Program-made: the position numbers and the translations under genes
In this document: in pieces, positions 50,630-63,727 of the stretch
Layout of the letters: each line of letters begins with the position of its first letter
Position numbering within the stretch: the stretch's first letter is position 1
The notes under the pieces: model-generated
What the model was told of the DNA's origin: nothing
The model's input: only the letters and a program-made list of their open reading frames with translations
Database searches by the model: none
Source of the DNA: Mizuhopecten yessoensis
Lineage: Eukaryota
Length of the DNA stretch: 64,000 nucleotides
NCBI RefSeq assembly: GCF_002113885.1
Contig: NW_018403984.1
Span: 1,903,409-1,967,408 of the forward strand
Direction: 5' to 3'

Positions 50630-53600
50630 TTGAAAGAATAGGCGAATGTAGAGAAAAGGGAAAGGGAAGATGGGGATAGAGAAAGGAAGGTAACCAGAGA
50701 GGGAAAGGGAGGGGATGATAGAGAGAGGAAGGAAACCAGAGAGGGAAAGGGAGGGGATGATAGAGAGAGGAAGGTAACAATAGAGGGAAAGGGAGGGGAT
50801 GATAGAAAGGGGAAAGTAACCAGAGAGGGAAAGGGAGGGGAATGATAGAGAGAGAAAGGTTACCAGAGAGGGAAAGAGAGGGGAATGATAGAGCGATGAA
50901 GGTAACAATAGAGGGAAAGGGAGGGGATGATAAAGAGGAAGGTAACCAGAGAGGGAAATGGAGGGGATGATAGAGAGAGGAAGGTAACCAGAGAGGGAAA
51001 GGGAGGGGATGATAGCGCGATGAAGGTAACAATAGAGGGAAAGGGAAGGAATGACAGAGCGAGGAAGGTAACAATAGAGGGAAATGGAGGGGATGATAGA
51101 GAGAGGAAGGTAACCAGAGAGGGAAAGGGAGGGGATGATAGAGTGGGGAAGGTAAACAGAGAGGAAAAGGGAGGGGATGATAGAGCGATGAAGGTAACAG
51201 TAGGATGATAGAGCGATGAAGGTAACAATAGAGGGAAAGGGAGGGGATAATAGAGAGGAAGGTAACCAGAGAGGGAAATGGAGGGGATGATAGAGAGAGG
51301 AAGGTAACCAGAGAGGGAAAGGGAGGGGATGATAGCGCGATGAAGGTAACAATAGAGGGAAAGGGAAGGAATGATAGAGCGGGGAAGGTAACAATAGAGG
51401 GAAATGGAGGGGATGATAGAGAGAGGAAGGTAACCAAAGAGGGAAAAGGAGGGGATGATAGAGAGAGGAAGGTAACAATAGAGGGAAAGGGAGGGGAATG
51501 ATAGAGAAGGGAAGGTAGCAATAGAGGGAAAGGGAGGGAATGATAGAGAGGAGAAGGTAACAATAGAGGGAAAGGGAGGGAATGATAGAGCAATGAAGGT
51601 AACCAGAGAGGGAAAGGGAGGGGATGATAAAGAGGGGAAGGTAGCAATAGAGGAAAAGGGAGGAGATGATAGAGAGGGGAAGGTAGCAATAGAGGGAAAG
51701 GGAGGGGATGATAGAGAGAGAAAGGTAGCAATAGAGGAAAAGGGAGGAGATGATAGAGAGGGGAAGGTAGCAATAGAGGGAAAGGGAGGGGATGATAGAG
51801 AGAGAAAGGTAACCAGAGAGGGAAAGGGAGGGGAATGATAGAGAGGGGAAGGTAACCAGAGAGGGAAAGGGAGGGGAATGATAGAGAGGGGAAGGTAACC
51901 AGAGAGGGAAAGGGAGGGGATGATAGAAAGAGGAAGGTAGCAATAGAGGGAAAGGGAGGGGATGATAGAGAGGGGAAGGTAACCAGAGAGGGAAAGGGAG
52001 GGGAATAATAGAGAGGGGAAGGTAGCAATATAGGGAAAGGGAGGTGATGATAGAGAGGGGAAGGTAACCAGAGAGGGAAAGGGAGGGGATTAATAGAGAG
52101 GGGAAGGTAGCAATATAGGGAAAGGGAGGTGATGATAGAGAGGGGAAGGTAACCAGAGAGGGAAAGGGAGGGGAATAATAGAGAGGGGAAGGTAGCAATA
52201 TAGGGAAAGGGAGGTGATGATAGAGAAGGGAAGGTAACCAGAGAGGGAAAGGGAGGGGATGATAGAGCGATGAAGGTAACAATAGAGGGAAAGGGAGGGG
52301 AATGATAAAAAGGGGAAGGTAGCAATATAGGGAAAGGGAGGGGATGATAGAGAGAGGAAGGTAACCAGAGACGGAAAGGGAGGGAATGATAGAGCGATGA
52401 AGGTAACAGTAGAGGGAAAGGGAGGGGAATGATAAAGAGGGGAAGGTAGCAATATAGGGAAAGGGAGGGGATGATAGAGAGGGGAAGGTAACCAGAGACG
52501 GAAAGGGAGGGAATGATAGAGCGATGAAGGTAACAGTAGAGGGAAAGGGAGGGGAATGATAAAGAGGGGAAGGTAGCAATATAGGGAAAGGGAGGGGATG
52601 ATAGAGAGGGGAAGGTAGCAATAGAGGGAAAGGGAGGGAATGATAGAGAGGGGAAGGTAACAATAGAGGGAAAGGGAGGGGAATGATAAAGAGGGGAAGG
52701 TAGCAATATAGGGAAAGGGAGGGGATGATAGAGAGAGGAAGGTAACCAGAGACGGAAAGGGAGGGAATGATAGAGCGATGAAGGTAACAGTAGAGGGAAA
52801 GGGAGGGGAATGATAAAGAGGGGAAGGTAGCAATATAGGGAAAGGGAGGGGATGATAGAGAGGGGAAGGTAGCAATAGAGGGAAAGGGAGGGAATGATAG
52901 AGAGGGGAAGGTAACAATAGAGGGAAAGGGAGGGGAATGATAAAGAGGGGAAGGTAGCAATATAGGGAAAGGGAGGGGATGATAGAGAGAGGAAGGTAAC
53001 CAGAGACGGAAAGGGAGGGAATGATAGAGCGATGAAGGTAACAGTAGAGGGAAAGGGAGGGGAATGATAAAGAGGGGAAGGTAGCAATATAGGGAAAGGG
53101 AGGGGATGATAGAGAGAGGAAGGTAACCAGAGACGGAAAGGGAGGGAATGATAGAGCGATGAAGGTAACAGTAGAGGGAAAGGGAGGGGAATGATAAAGA
53201 GGGGAAGGTAGCAATATAGGGAAAGGGAGGGGATGATAGAGAGGGGAAGGTAACCAGAGACGGAAAGGGAGGGAATGATAGAGCGATGAAGGTAACAGTA
53301 GAGGGAAAGGGAGGGGAATGATAAAGAGGGGAAGGTAGCAATATAGGGAAAGGGAGGGGATGATAGAGAGGGGAAGGTAGCAATAGAGGGAAAGGGAGGG
53401 AATGATAGAGAGGGGAAGGTAACAATAGAGGGAAAGGGAGGGGAATGATAAAGAGGGGAAGGTAGCAATATAGGGAAAGGGAGGGGATGATAGAGAGAGG
53501 AAGGTAACCAGAGACGGAAAGGGAGGAAATGATAGAGCGATGAAGGTAACAGTAGAGGGAAAGGGAGGGGAATGATAAAGAGGGGAAGGTAGCAATATAG

Positions 53601-56594
53601 GGAAAGGGAGGGGATGATAGAGAGAGGAAGGTAACCAGAGACGGAAAGGGAGGAAATGATAGAGCGATGAAGGTAACAGTAGAGGGAAAGGGAGGGGAAT
53701 GATAAAGAGGGGAAGGTAGCAATATAGGGAAAGGGAGGGGATGATAGAGAGAGGAAGGTAACCAGAGACGGAAAGGGAGGAAATGATAGAGCGATGAAGG
53801 TAACAGTAGAGGGAAAGGGAGGGGAATGATAAAGAGGGGAAGGTAGCAATAGAGGGAAAGGGAGGGGATGATAGAGAGGGGAAGGTAACCAGAGAGGGAA
53901 AGGGAGGGGATGATAGAGAGAGGAAGGTAGCCAGACAGGGAAAGGAAGGGAATGATAGAGCGATGAAGGTAACAGTAGAGGGAAAAGGAGAGGATGATAG
54001 AGAGGGGAAGGTAACCAGAGAGGGAAAGGGAGGAAATGATAGAGAGGGGAAGGTAACCAGAGAGGGAAAGGGAGGGAATGATAGAGCGATGAAGGTAACA
54101 GTAGAGGGAAAGGGAGGGGATGATAGAGAGGGGAAGGTAACCAGAGAGGGGAATGGAGGGGATGATAGAGAGAAGAAGGTAGCCAGACAGGGGCGATGAA
54201 GGTAACAGTAGACGATGAAGGTAACAGTAGAGGGAAAGGGAGGGGATGCTAGAGAGGGGAAGGTAACCAGAGAGGGAAAGGGAGGGGAATGATAGAGAGA
54301 GAAAGGTTACCAGAGAGGGAAAGGGAGGTGATGATAGAGAGAGAAAGGTTACCAGAGAGGTAAAGGGAGGGGAATGATAGAGAGAGGATGGTAACAATAG
54401 AGGGAAAGGGAGGGGATGATAAAGAGGGGAAGGTAACCAGAGAGGGAAAGGGAGGGGATGATAAAGAGGGGAAGGTAACCAGAGAGTGATAGGGAGGGGA
54501 TGATAAAGAGGGGAAGGTAGCAATAGAGGAAAAGGGAGGGGATGATAGAGAGGGGAAGGTAACAAGAGAGGGAAAGGGAGGGGATGATAGAGCGAGGAAG
54601 GTAACCAGAGAGGGAAAGGGAGGGGATAATAGGGAAAGGGAGGGGATGATAGAGAGAGGAAGGTAGCCAGACAGGGAAAGGAAGGGAATGATAGAGCGAT
54701 GAAGGTAACAGTAGAGGGAAAGGGAGGGGATGAAAGAGAGGGGAAGGTAACCAGAGAGGGAAAAGGAGGGGATGATAGAGCGATGAAGGTAACCAGGGAA
54801 AGGGAGGAAATGATAGAGAGGGGAAGGTAACCAGAGAGGACAAGGGAGAGGATGATAAAGAGAGGAAGGTAACAATAGAGGGGAAGGGAGGGGAATGATA
54901 GAGCGATGAAGGTAACAGTAGAGGGAAAGGGAGGGGATGAAAGAGAGGGGAAGGTAACCAGAGAGGGAAAAGGAGGGGATGATAGAGCGATGAAGGTAAC
55001 AGTAGAGGGAAAGGGAGGGGATGAAAGAGAGGGGAAGGTAACCAGAGAGGGAAAAGGAGGGGATGATAGAGCGATGAAGGTAACAGTAGAGGGAAAGGGA
55101 GGGGATGAAAGAGAGGGGAAGGTAACCAGAGAGGGAAAAGGAGGGGATGATAGAGCGATGAAGGTAACAGTAGAGGGAAAGGGAGGGGATGAAAGAGAGG
55201 GGAAGGTAACCAGAGAGGGAAAAGGAGGGGATGATAGAGCGATGAAGGTAACAGTAGAGGGAAAGGGAGGGGATGAAAGAGAGGGGAAGGTAACCAGAGA
55301 GGGAAAAGGAGGGGATGATAGAGCGATGAAGGTAACAGTAGAGGGAAAGGGAGGGGATGATAAAGAGGGGAAAGTAGCAATAGAGGAAAAGGGAGGAGAT
55401 GATAGAGAGGTGAAGGTAGCAATAGAGGGAAAGGGAGGGGATGATAGAGAGAGAAAGGTAACCAGAGAGGGAAAGGGAGGGGAATGATAGAGAGGGAATG
55501 ATAGAGCGATGAAGGTAACAGTAGAGGGAAAGGGAGGGGATGAAAGAGAGGGGAAGGTAACCAGAGAGGGAAAAGGAGGGGATGATAGAGCGATGAAGGT
55601 AACAGTAGAGGGAAAGGGAGGGGATGAAAGAGAGGGGAAGGTAACCAGAGAGGGAAAAGGAGGGGATGATAGAGCGATGAAGGTAACAGTAGAGGGAAAG
55701 GGAGGGGATGAAAGAGAGGGGAAGGTAACCAGAGAGGGAAAAGGAGGGGATGATAGAGCGATGAAGGTAACCAGGGAGGGAAAGGGAGGGGATAATAGAG
55801 CGATGAAGGTAACAATAGAGTGAAAGGGAGGGGATGATAGAGAGAGAAAGGTAACCAGAGAGGGAAAGGGAGGGGATGATAGAGCGATGAAGGTAACCAG
55901 AGAGGGAAAGGGAGGGGATAATAGAGCGATGAAGGTAACAATAGAGGGAAAGGGAGGGGATGATAGAGAGGGGAAGGTAACCAGAGAGGGAAAGGGAGGG
56001 GAATGATAGAGAGAGAAAGGTTACCAGAGAGGGAAAGAGAGGGGAATGATAGAGAGAGGAAGGTAACAATAGAGGGAAAGGGAGGGAATGATAAAGAGGG
56101 GAAGGTAGCAATATAGGGAAAGGGAGGGGATGATAGAGAGGGGAAGGTAACCAGAGAGGGAAAGGGAGGGGAATGATAGAGAGAGAAAGGTTACCAGAGA
56201 GGGAGAGAGAGGGGAATGATAGAGAGAGGAAGGAAACAATAGGGGGAAAGGGAGGGAATGATAAAGAGGGGAAGGTAGCAATATACGGAAAGGGAGGGGA
56301 TGATAGAGAGAGGAAGGTTACCAGAGCGGGAAAGAGAGGGGAATGATAGAGAGAGGAATGTAACAATAGAGGGAAAGGGAGGGGATGATAGAGAGGGGAA
56401 GGTAGCAATATAGGGAAAGGGAGGGAATGATAGAGAGGGGAAGGTTACCAGAGAGGTAAAGAGAGGGGATGATAGAGAGAGGAAGGTAACAATAGAGGGA
56501 AAGGGAGTGAATGATAGAGAGGGGAAGGTAATCAGAGAGGGAAAGGGAGGGGAATGATAGAGAGAGAAAGGTAACAATAGAGGGAAAGGGAGGG
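50630..56594 (+). repeat. About 6-kb purine-rich 42/43-bp satellite with higher-order repeats
   Basis: GAAGGTAACCAGAGAGGGAAAGGGAGGGGATGATAGAGAGAG (37/42 purines). 127-bp trimers at 52321-53845; 84-bp dimers at 54906-55325 and 55509-55760. Confidence 0.98.
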
Positions 56595-59452
56595 TGTTTT
56601 GTTTTTACTCATACATATATCTGAAAATAGAAAGATGCATCAACACGGAGGAAAACAAATAACGCCGATGGGATGAAACGACACGGAAAACGACAGGAAA
56701 ATGTGAGGAAGGTGTTGAAAAAGAGAGAAATAGCGGAGGGAAGCGAAGAAAAAAGCAGAAGAAAAGTGAGCGATGTTGTACTTTTAGCATTATCTTGAGG
56801 TTATGATTTGACGAATACTCTCTTGTATATTGATGTTTCCTCGTCTCATCAGCCATCCTTGGAATACATTGATTTATAAATAGTCAACCTTTGTCATGAA
56901 AGACATTATTTCATTTTGATAATATAATAGTTGAAATTTTTAAAATATTTTTTTACACATTTGTGGAAGGATGTACCTCTTCTATCACAATCATACTGGC
57001 AGCAACGAATTCAACACGGTAATAATGTTTGGGAATTTATCACACATCGTAACCACGTTGTCACGGCAGCCTAAACACTGGAGTAGCGTGAATGTAGAAC
57101 CCAAGTGCGCTGTGTTGTATCTCCAACGAAAAAGAGTTCCAATTGGTTTGTTCAATGTCTGTCTTAAATGGTAAAGATGTAGGACTATATACCTTATTTC
57201 ATATCAAAGTTTCTATTTTAAAAGGCGGATAGTAACGAAAGAGCGAGTAGGCTGACATACATACATTCATACATACATAAATATAAAATTCCATTAAGTT
57301 TTTGAACTAAATCTAATACATAATATAGAATCGTACTCTTTATTACGACAGTAACAACGTATTTCCTTAAAAAAGATTATTCTGAGAATATCTTTTTAAG
57401 TTTTATTTCTCCTATTCACAAAAACATTGCATGACAATTCGCTCAAATACTTGAAATATTTCTAGTTATAAAAAAATCACCATATAGACAGCCAAATCTT
57501 GTTTCCAAAATCACTATATACTAACAATATTCAACGCCTACTTATATTATACCTGTTTATTCACAGTAAGTTTCTATAGTGAATTTACAGACCACTGTTT
57601 AACCTGTTTTTACATGTTCATGTACTAAGAGTTAATCCTGTCAGCGCAGATATTGCAAAAATAAAGTTTAAATTGCATTTACATTCGTCGATGCATTAAG
57701 TCTTACTGATTCGTGCGATTGACGAGTGAGGCATTTCCACGGCTCTGACGTTAGAACTGATATTTTTATGCATTCTCGACGTTCATCTGATGTCATTATT
57801 TACAGAAACAGACAGTTGCGGGCAAGCCGCAGGCAAAACTAGGCGATAATTGATCATAAAATCACGACAAATTTGCATATTTTAAGAAATAAAATAGAAA
57901 TTTTAAACTATTTTGCTTTCCAATCAATACCCTGCCCAGCGCTAATGGATTGCTGTAGATAACTATCAGAGTTAAGTAAGGGCTCATGTAGACCGGCATC
58001 GGCCCATGAAATCGACACACACTATAAATTTTCAATTTAAGTTTAAAACGAAAAAGGATTTTACTAGAGTCTAATTTCAGAAAAATATATAAATTAAAAT
58101 AAATGGCGTCACATCTATAAGGAAGATGACACCCCTGGTTTGCAAATTCAATATAAGACTTATCACACAATCTTATCGTATAAACATATGCAGCCAATAC
58201 ATAAAATTCGGCAAAGAAAATCTCTCTAGCGCGTCACCATTAAAATGCGTGCAATAATATAGACACCACTTAATGCCGAGATAGCTGTCCCTCAAATGAA
58301 CAAACAGACCACAAAGCTTTTCTTTCATGAGAAAAGGAAGACATTTTATTCAATAGAAGATTTAACAGACTAGCATCTCACTTGTCATACCCAGTGTGAG
58401 AAAGATCGTATACGTATATTTGTGACGGTGAAGAATTTTCGTGACAGGCTAATGATCAAACAAAGATGTGACGTAAATGGATATTTTCTTCCAAATGTTT
58501 GTGAATTACATGTACACATATATGTATATGTTTTAGATGTGGGGGTGGATATCTTGACATATCGTTAATATGAGAGAATAATATACAATTTTCTTTCAGT
58601 TTTTGTGTGTGTTAATTACATACAGTGTATACACATATACTTTACAAGTGCGGGTTGATATTTTGAAATATTTCACGAGTGCATATCAAGCTAGCAAAAC
58701 TGTACGATATGTTTAACCCGAGTTCGAATTATAACTCTTTTATTCAGGAAGAAAGCAAGACTATTCTGTTTATTACGTTTTCCTTGATTTTCTTCATTGG
58801 CTTTTGTGTATAGATAGTCTACCTCCTGCCGAACAACGTTGAGCGAGTAATGCTGTATGATTTTGTTATGTCACAACAGAAAACGCCTGATGTATAGTTG
58901 ACGAGATTTATAATTTGATATTTTCCGTACTTAACTCTGCTATCTCTGTAGTGAAAATAAATGTTATTTATCACAGTGGAAACTATATTTCTTACCGTAA
59001 AACCTTACATCTAGCCGAAAAATATATAAGAAGTGAATATATATCATGTTTCCTATTAAACAATTTATAACAATTTTGCCATTGTTTTCCACTACCTTTT
59101 ACAGATAAACACGAATATCCAAGAACAATGTAATGAAAGGATCTGCATCACATTGTTCTCTAGGGTTTTGTTTTCATGTAAAATTTAACAGAACGAGAAT
59201 TGTTAAATATCTTCATGTAGAAGATTGTGCAACAGTGAAAATCTTATTTGATGGTCTTGACTAATTGAGACGGTCTTATAGCGAACTTAGAACGGCAGTA
59301 AATTGTGTTAATTACATCCGCAAATAAATCTATTACAAATATATCTGTAAAAATTCATACTATATTGAACTTAGAGTTTTACAGGACAAAACGTATTGTG
59401 ACTTGTCATTGGCACACAAATTATCATGTAATTAAGTACAGAGTTATGATCT

Positions 59453-59948
59453 TTTATTACATACTTACTAATAAATACGGGCTTTTTGTATATGCGATAC
59501 GACACAATTGCTCTTACCCATATCAGCCCTCGCCGTATCACACCCTAAAAGCCGTATCAGCCCCCGCCGTATCACACCCCAAAACCCGTATCACACCCCT
59601 TTTGGATTTTTTTTCGTTTTTCAATATTTCAAAAGAAAAAAATATCGTAAGATAAAAAAAATATATTCATAAGTATGTAATAAACAGAATAAATCATGAC
59701 TTTTTCCACACCCCTTTTTGATTTTATTTTCGTTTTTCAAAATTTCAAAAGAAAAATGTATCATAAGATAGTAGCTTTTATTAGTAAGTATGTAATAAAC
59801 AGAATAAAACATCACTTTTTTCATATCACACCCAGTATCAACCCTCGACCAATAACAGCCCTGGGGCCTTCGGCCCTTGGGCTGATATTGCAGTCTCGGG
59901 TTGATACTGGGTGTGATATGGAAAAAGGCATGTATGATTCTCTATATA
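59453..59948. mobile_element. Non-autonomous element with inverted repeats and a long terminal hairpin (Crypton-like)
   Basis: Perfect 23-bp inverted pair (59453-59475 / 59777-59799), CCGTATCACACCC subrepeats, a duplication of period about 114 bp, and a hairpin at 59800-59948 with apex GGCC-TTC-GGCC. Confidence 0.65.
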
Positions 59949-60689
59949 AAGTATAAGGATACAAATGTAATGACTCGTGTTAAACGCTGCGTCGAACGGG
60001 GAAGGGAAATACAGATTTAATTCAGTACAACTATACATGCACCACAATGCGCAGACACTTGTGGCTCCCTCCGCAAACAGTATGACGCTACACGCTAAAT
60101 TGCGTATTGTCGGCAATTCCGGAAACATATCGTCAGTTCGGCTCGTTTACAAGTAGAGCCATTTATTTTTCACATTATTTTCGAATAAAGTATGGGAACA
60201 GCGAAGTGTCTACAGTGACCAGGCGAGCTCAGCTACAACTGAACACCGCCTCAAAGCTTTTTCGTACTATATTGGGGCCAACCTAACGCAGCTTCACGTC
60301 TATAGAATATTATATTATATTGCGTAATTACTTTGTATTTGTAGAAAAGGTCTATGTCTCTCTCTGTTTGTCTGTATCACTGTGAAGTCCCGGTTTTATT
60401 CACGTTCGTTCCTTTGCCTGTATCGCCATTCTGACTCGCCCCGTCTGCGCGTGGTGGCCGGTAAAATCCTGAAACAGCAGAACCGTGTCTACCTAGGAAC
60501 CAAAAATACAAGATCAGTCGAGATAAAAACGTCACAGATACAAGTTTTAGGAGTGCTTTAATACCGCCCTAGACAATTATCTGAGAGGTTTTGCTTGTAA
60601 TTGTTCGTATAGATGTAATACAGTTAATATATACGTAGACGCTCCATGGGTTCTGTTACGTCAGTTTGGCAAAGACCCCAATCGGGCAC

Positions 60690-61210
60690 CGTACACAGGG
60701 GGCGCCACTGGACTGACCGGATCCCACAACAGGTGGCGCCATCAGAATGGTCGGATCACAGGAACGGAGTCACCGGACTGGCCGGATCACGTGGTAAGGT
60801 CGCCACTAGACTGAGGGAATTCTACGACAGGTGGTGCCACCTCTGAAATACACAAATACAGGTTCTGTCGGGCGGTCTGATCACATATCATCACATGTTG
60901 AACTCTGTCACTACTTGTCGAGTGATCGTGCGTCAACCGACAGGGGCGATACCGAAGTGGGCTGATCACTTGACACAGAGGGAGCCACCGGACTAGCCGG
61001 GTCGCACAAACAAATGCACTACATGTACCGGATATATTGGGCCAACCACGATAAGAGGTTTTACTGGACTTCGGGAATCATAATACAACAAGTGGAAATG
61101 GGGGAGAAGCATGGGAGAGGTCGCAACACCTGGCGGATGGAACCGCACGACAAGGAGCATCACTCGACTGGCCGGATCACGCAACAGGTGGCGCTGCAGG
61201 ACTGGTATCC
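60690..61210 (+). repeat. Old GC-rich minisatellite, period about 33 bp
   Basis: Consensus ACAGGKGGCGCCACYGGACTGGCCGGATCAC. CACNGGACTG-like anchors at 60706, 60740, 60771 and 60804, with further units near 60980 and 61160-61200. Confidence 0.7.
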
Positions 61211-61644
61211 AGTATCGCCTGGCTCACCAAAAGACGAGAGACATCTGACAATATGTCACCACCCTTTACACTGAAAACGGTGTCTATGATACACACACAT
61301 GGGGTTCTATGAGCTCCAATTCAGATTCGAAATGTTGCGTAAAGGTAAAACACAACCATTCTCATTTTTCTTTTCTTTTCCCGTTGTTAAAGTAAACTGT
61401 AAGTAGAAATTAGTTATATCGGCGAAGAGAAAATGAGTCTATGAATTTTTTATTCTAAATTAACTGCTTTTGAACTAAAATCTGCGAAAAATGCAAAATA
61501 AAACATCAAATGATTATAATGGAAAAAAAAAAAATCTCACATGAACTCAAACGGTAAAATGTGAAAGAAGTGCATACAGCGCGTGATACTTATCAGATCA
61601 GAAAACCCATACATTGATTGTAATGAATTTTAAGGTCAGGTAGA

Positions 61645-61820
61645 TTTCAAGTTCAACTTCTTTATCAAGCCTTCGGCATTTAACTCATCAGCGATTCAAT
61701 TCAATACTAAAATATGCAATAACATAAAATTCATAAATATTCATAATAATGACAATATTATGACTACTCAATAAAGTCATATTGATCTCTTCTGAACGCA
61801 TTAGAAATTAAATTACATCA
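61645..61820 (-). mobile_element. LINE-type 3' tail remnant
   Basis: Minus strand: T-rich UTR, then CTGATGAGttaaatGCCGAAGGCTTGATAAAGAAGTTGAACTTGAAA; same GAACTT-type tail as 51-147. Confidence 0.55.
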
Positions 61821-62761
61821 ATTATATATTTATTTATTATTTTGTACATGATCCGCGTTAACTTTAAGATCGACGGCGCACAACAATAGAACTCGTTCAA
61901 TAATTACTTCTTAATGTACGTCGCTACTCATCTCAGAGTGTATACATGTAAGACAATCATCAATTGTTTTATATTTAATACAGTGCTTACAAGACATTCA
62001 TGTAAGGTAATCTCATCGACTGGAATGGTGAATGAATACTCTGCCTGTGGTATGTTACAATTCTAATTCCGATGTAAAAAACATAGAAAGACCGGTCTGA
62101 TACACGTAGGTAGCGAGGTAAAGCTTGTAAATTATACAGCGTAGGTAGTCTGCACACGACTCCAAACTAATACTAATGGCTTTTAACAATTAAATATGGT
62201 GGGAACCATAAGTCTACACATTTCAATCGACAACAAAATTCGACATAAAAAATGTAGAAATGATTGGCTGGTTTGGAGTAAGCTAGCTAGACAGTCTTGT
62301 CACTTGTATTTAACACGATAAAACTCGGGTGCCCGCTCTCCGACCAGAGCGACGCCGTACGTAGTTATAGAGAAATTCCTCTGACAGAGTCTACGAGCCT
62401 TTCTGGTACCGCCTAATCTCATCTGAATCAGGCACAGTCTAATTTTCGATCCGACAGCCGGTCCCGGGATCCGGAGTAATACCTTAAAACTGCAACCCGC
62501 CGCGCGGAACACGGGAGCAACGTGGGGAACAGCATTGGCAGATTCTTTGTATAATGTACTGACTTCAGCACAAAGTCGTCTTTTATCTACACACAAACAG
62601 TCCAATCTTGTCACGGTCGTAAGGAACTAAGTCCTAATGATAAAGTTAACATATCAAGAAATATATCTATGGGAATCAACCATGGGTAAGTTTGAATGAT
62701 TGGAAACATAACATATATTGGGAAATAAGATGAAGTATTTTCGGGAAACTTTGAATATGGT

Positions 62762-62903
62762 TACACAGAAACCTGTCCAACCCGACCCATGGTTAATAAT
62801 GACACCCCGTCTCTAAATCTAACAAATGAAACCTGTGTATTTTAACACCCTGCCCAGGCCAATTTTGTTTGATACCATAGAATGTCGGGTTAGATAGGTT
62901 TTC
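62762..62903. mobile_element. Tc1/mariner (pogo/Tigger-like) MITE remnant
   Basis: AAACCTGTCCAACCCGAC is mirrored by GTCGGGTTAGATAGGTTT, with an internal repeat GAAACCTGTG. Confidence 0.55.
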
Positions 62904-63494
62904 CTTTGGAAATAATACTCGAAAATCTATTTGGAACATAGCGTAGCGGTGTCAAGGTAAAACAGAAGTAATTCCGCATAATACACGATAAACTCTGAGA
63001 GTAAGTATAAAAAAAAACTACACTTAAATTGGAGCTTATGTCAGAACTCTTAAAGCCGTAAAGAAATAATACTTATTAAACATCAGATTGATATGGGCGA
63101 ATAAGAAAACTCGGAAAAAAATGAAAGCATTTCAGGACAGCATTCTTTGAATGAAACCATTTATTGCTAAATAAAGACGTATTTCATTTAAATCAAAATA
63201 CAGTTATAAAGCTTACATGAGAATTGTAGTATGGATTGTGTCTATACAAACGAACTGAACAGACACTAAAATCTTAGGTTGTATTAAATATCTTCCCTTT
63301 TCAATACTTACAACGTATTTCCCCTTTGGAAATAATACTCGTAAATCTATTTGAAACATAGCGTTGCGGTGACATAAGCTCCGATTTCAGTATAGTTTAT
63401 TTTTATACTTTCTCTCAGAGTTTATCGTGTATTATGCGGAATTACTTCTGTTTTACCTTGACACCGCAACGCTATGTTTCAAATAGATTTACGA
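62903..63494. mobile_element. Foldback structure: about 125-bp inverted arms plus an internal direct copy of the left end
   Basis: 62919-63043 is the reverse complement of 63370-63494. 62903-62951 is repeated directly at 63323-63371. Perfect 33-bp inverted pair 63339-63371 / 63462-63494. Confidence 0.85.
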
Positions 63495-63528
63495 TGTTTT
63501 TAGATGGTATTTATTTGAATGATAATTC

Positions 63529-63727
63529 TTAAAGGTCCATCAGCATAATTAGATTACTCTTTGATAAACGGTAGAAACTGGGCAAGCGACAAGTGTGTGC
63601 CTGGATAATTACTGTAGACATCAGTAAAGATTTCAGTTATTTCAATTGACGTAGTAGATCTCTCATGGTCTCATGTAATACGTTGACTTCATTATCCAAA
63701 ATGCTCCCTCAGTTCTGGTCCCTTTAA
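63529..63727. mobile_element. Possible TTAA-flanked (Kolobok-like) MITE remnant
   Basis: TTAAAGGTCCA ... TGGTCCCTTTAA; short imperfect TIR only. Confidence 0.3.

Noticed and set aside
50568-56577. ORFs up to 1312 aa (minus) and KVT-EGKGGD repeat ORFs (plus)
   Set aside because: They overlap in all three frames and cycle through the same peptides. The pyrimidine strand simply lacks stop codons, so they are satellite artefacts.
56828-56858. Minus-strand CTGATGAGACGAGGAAAC hammerhead-like string
   Set aside because: No stem II pairing and no properly placed cleavage triplet.
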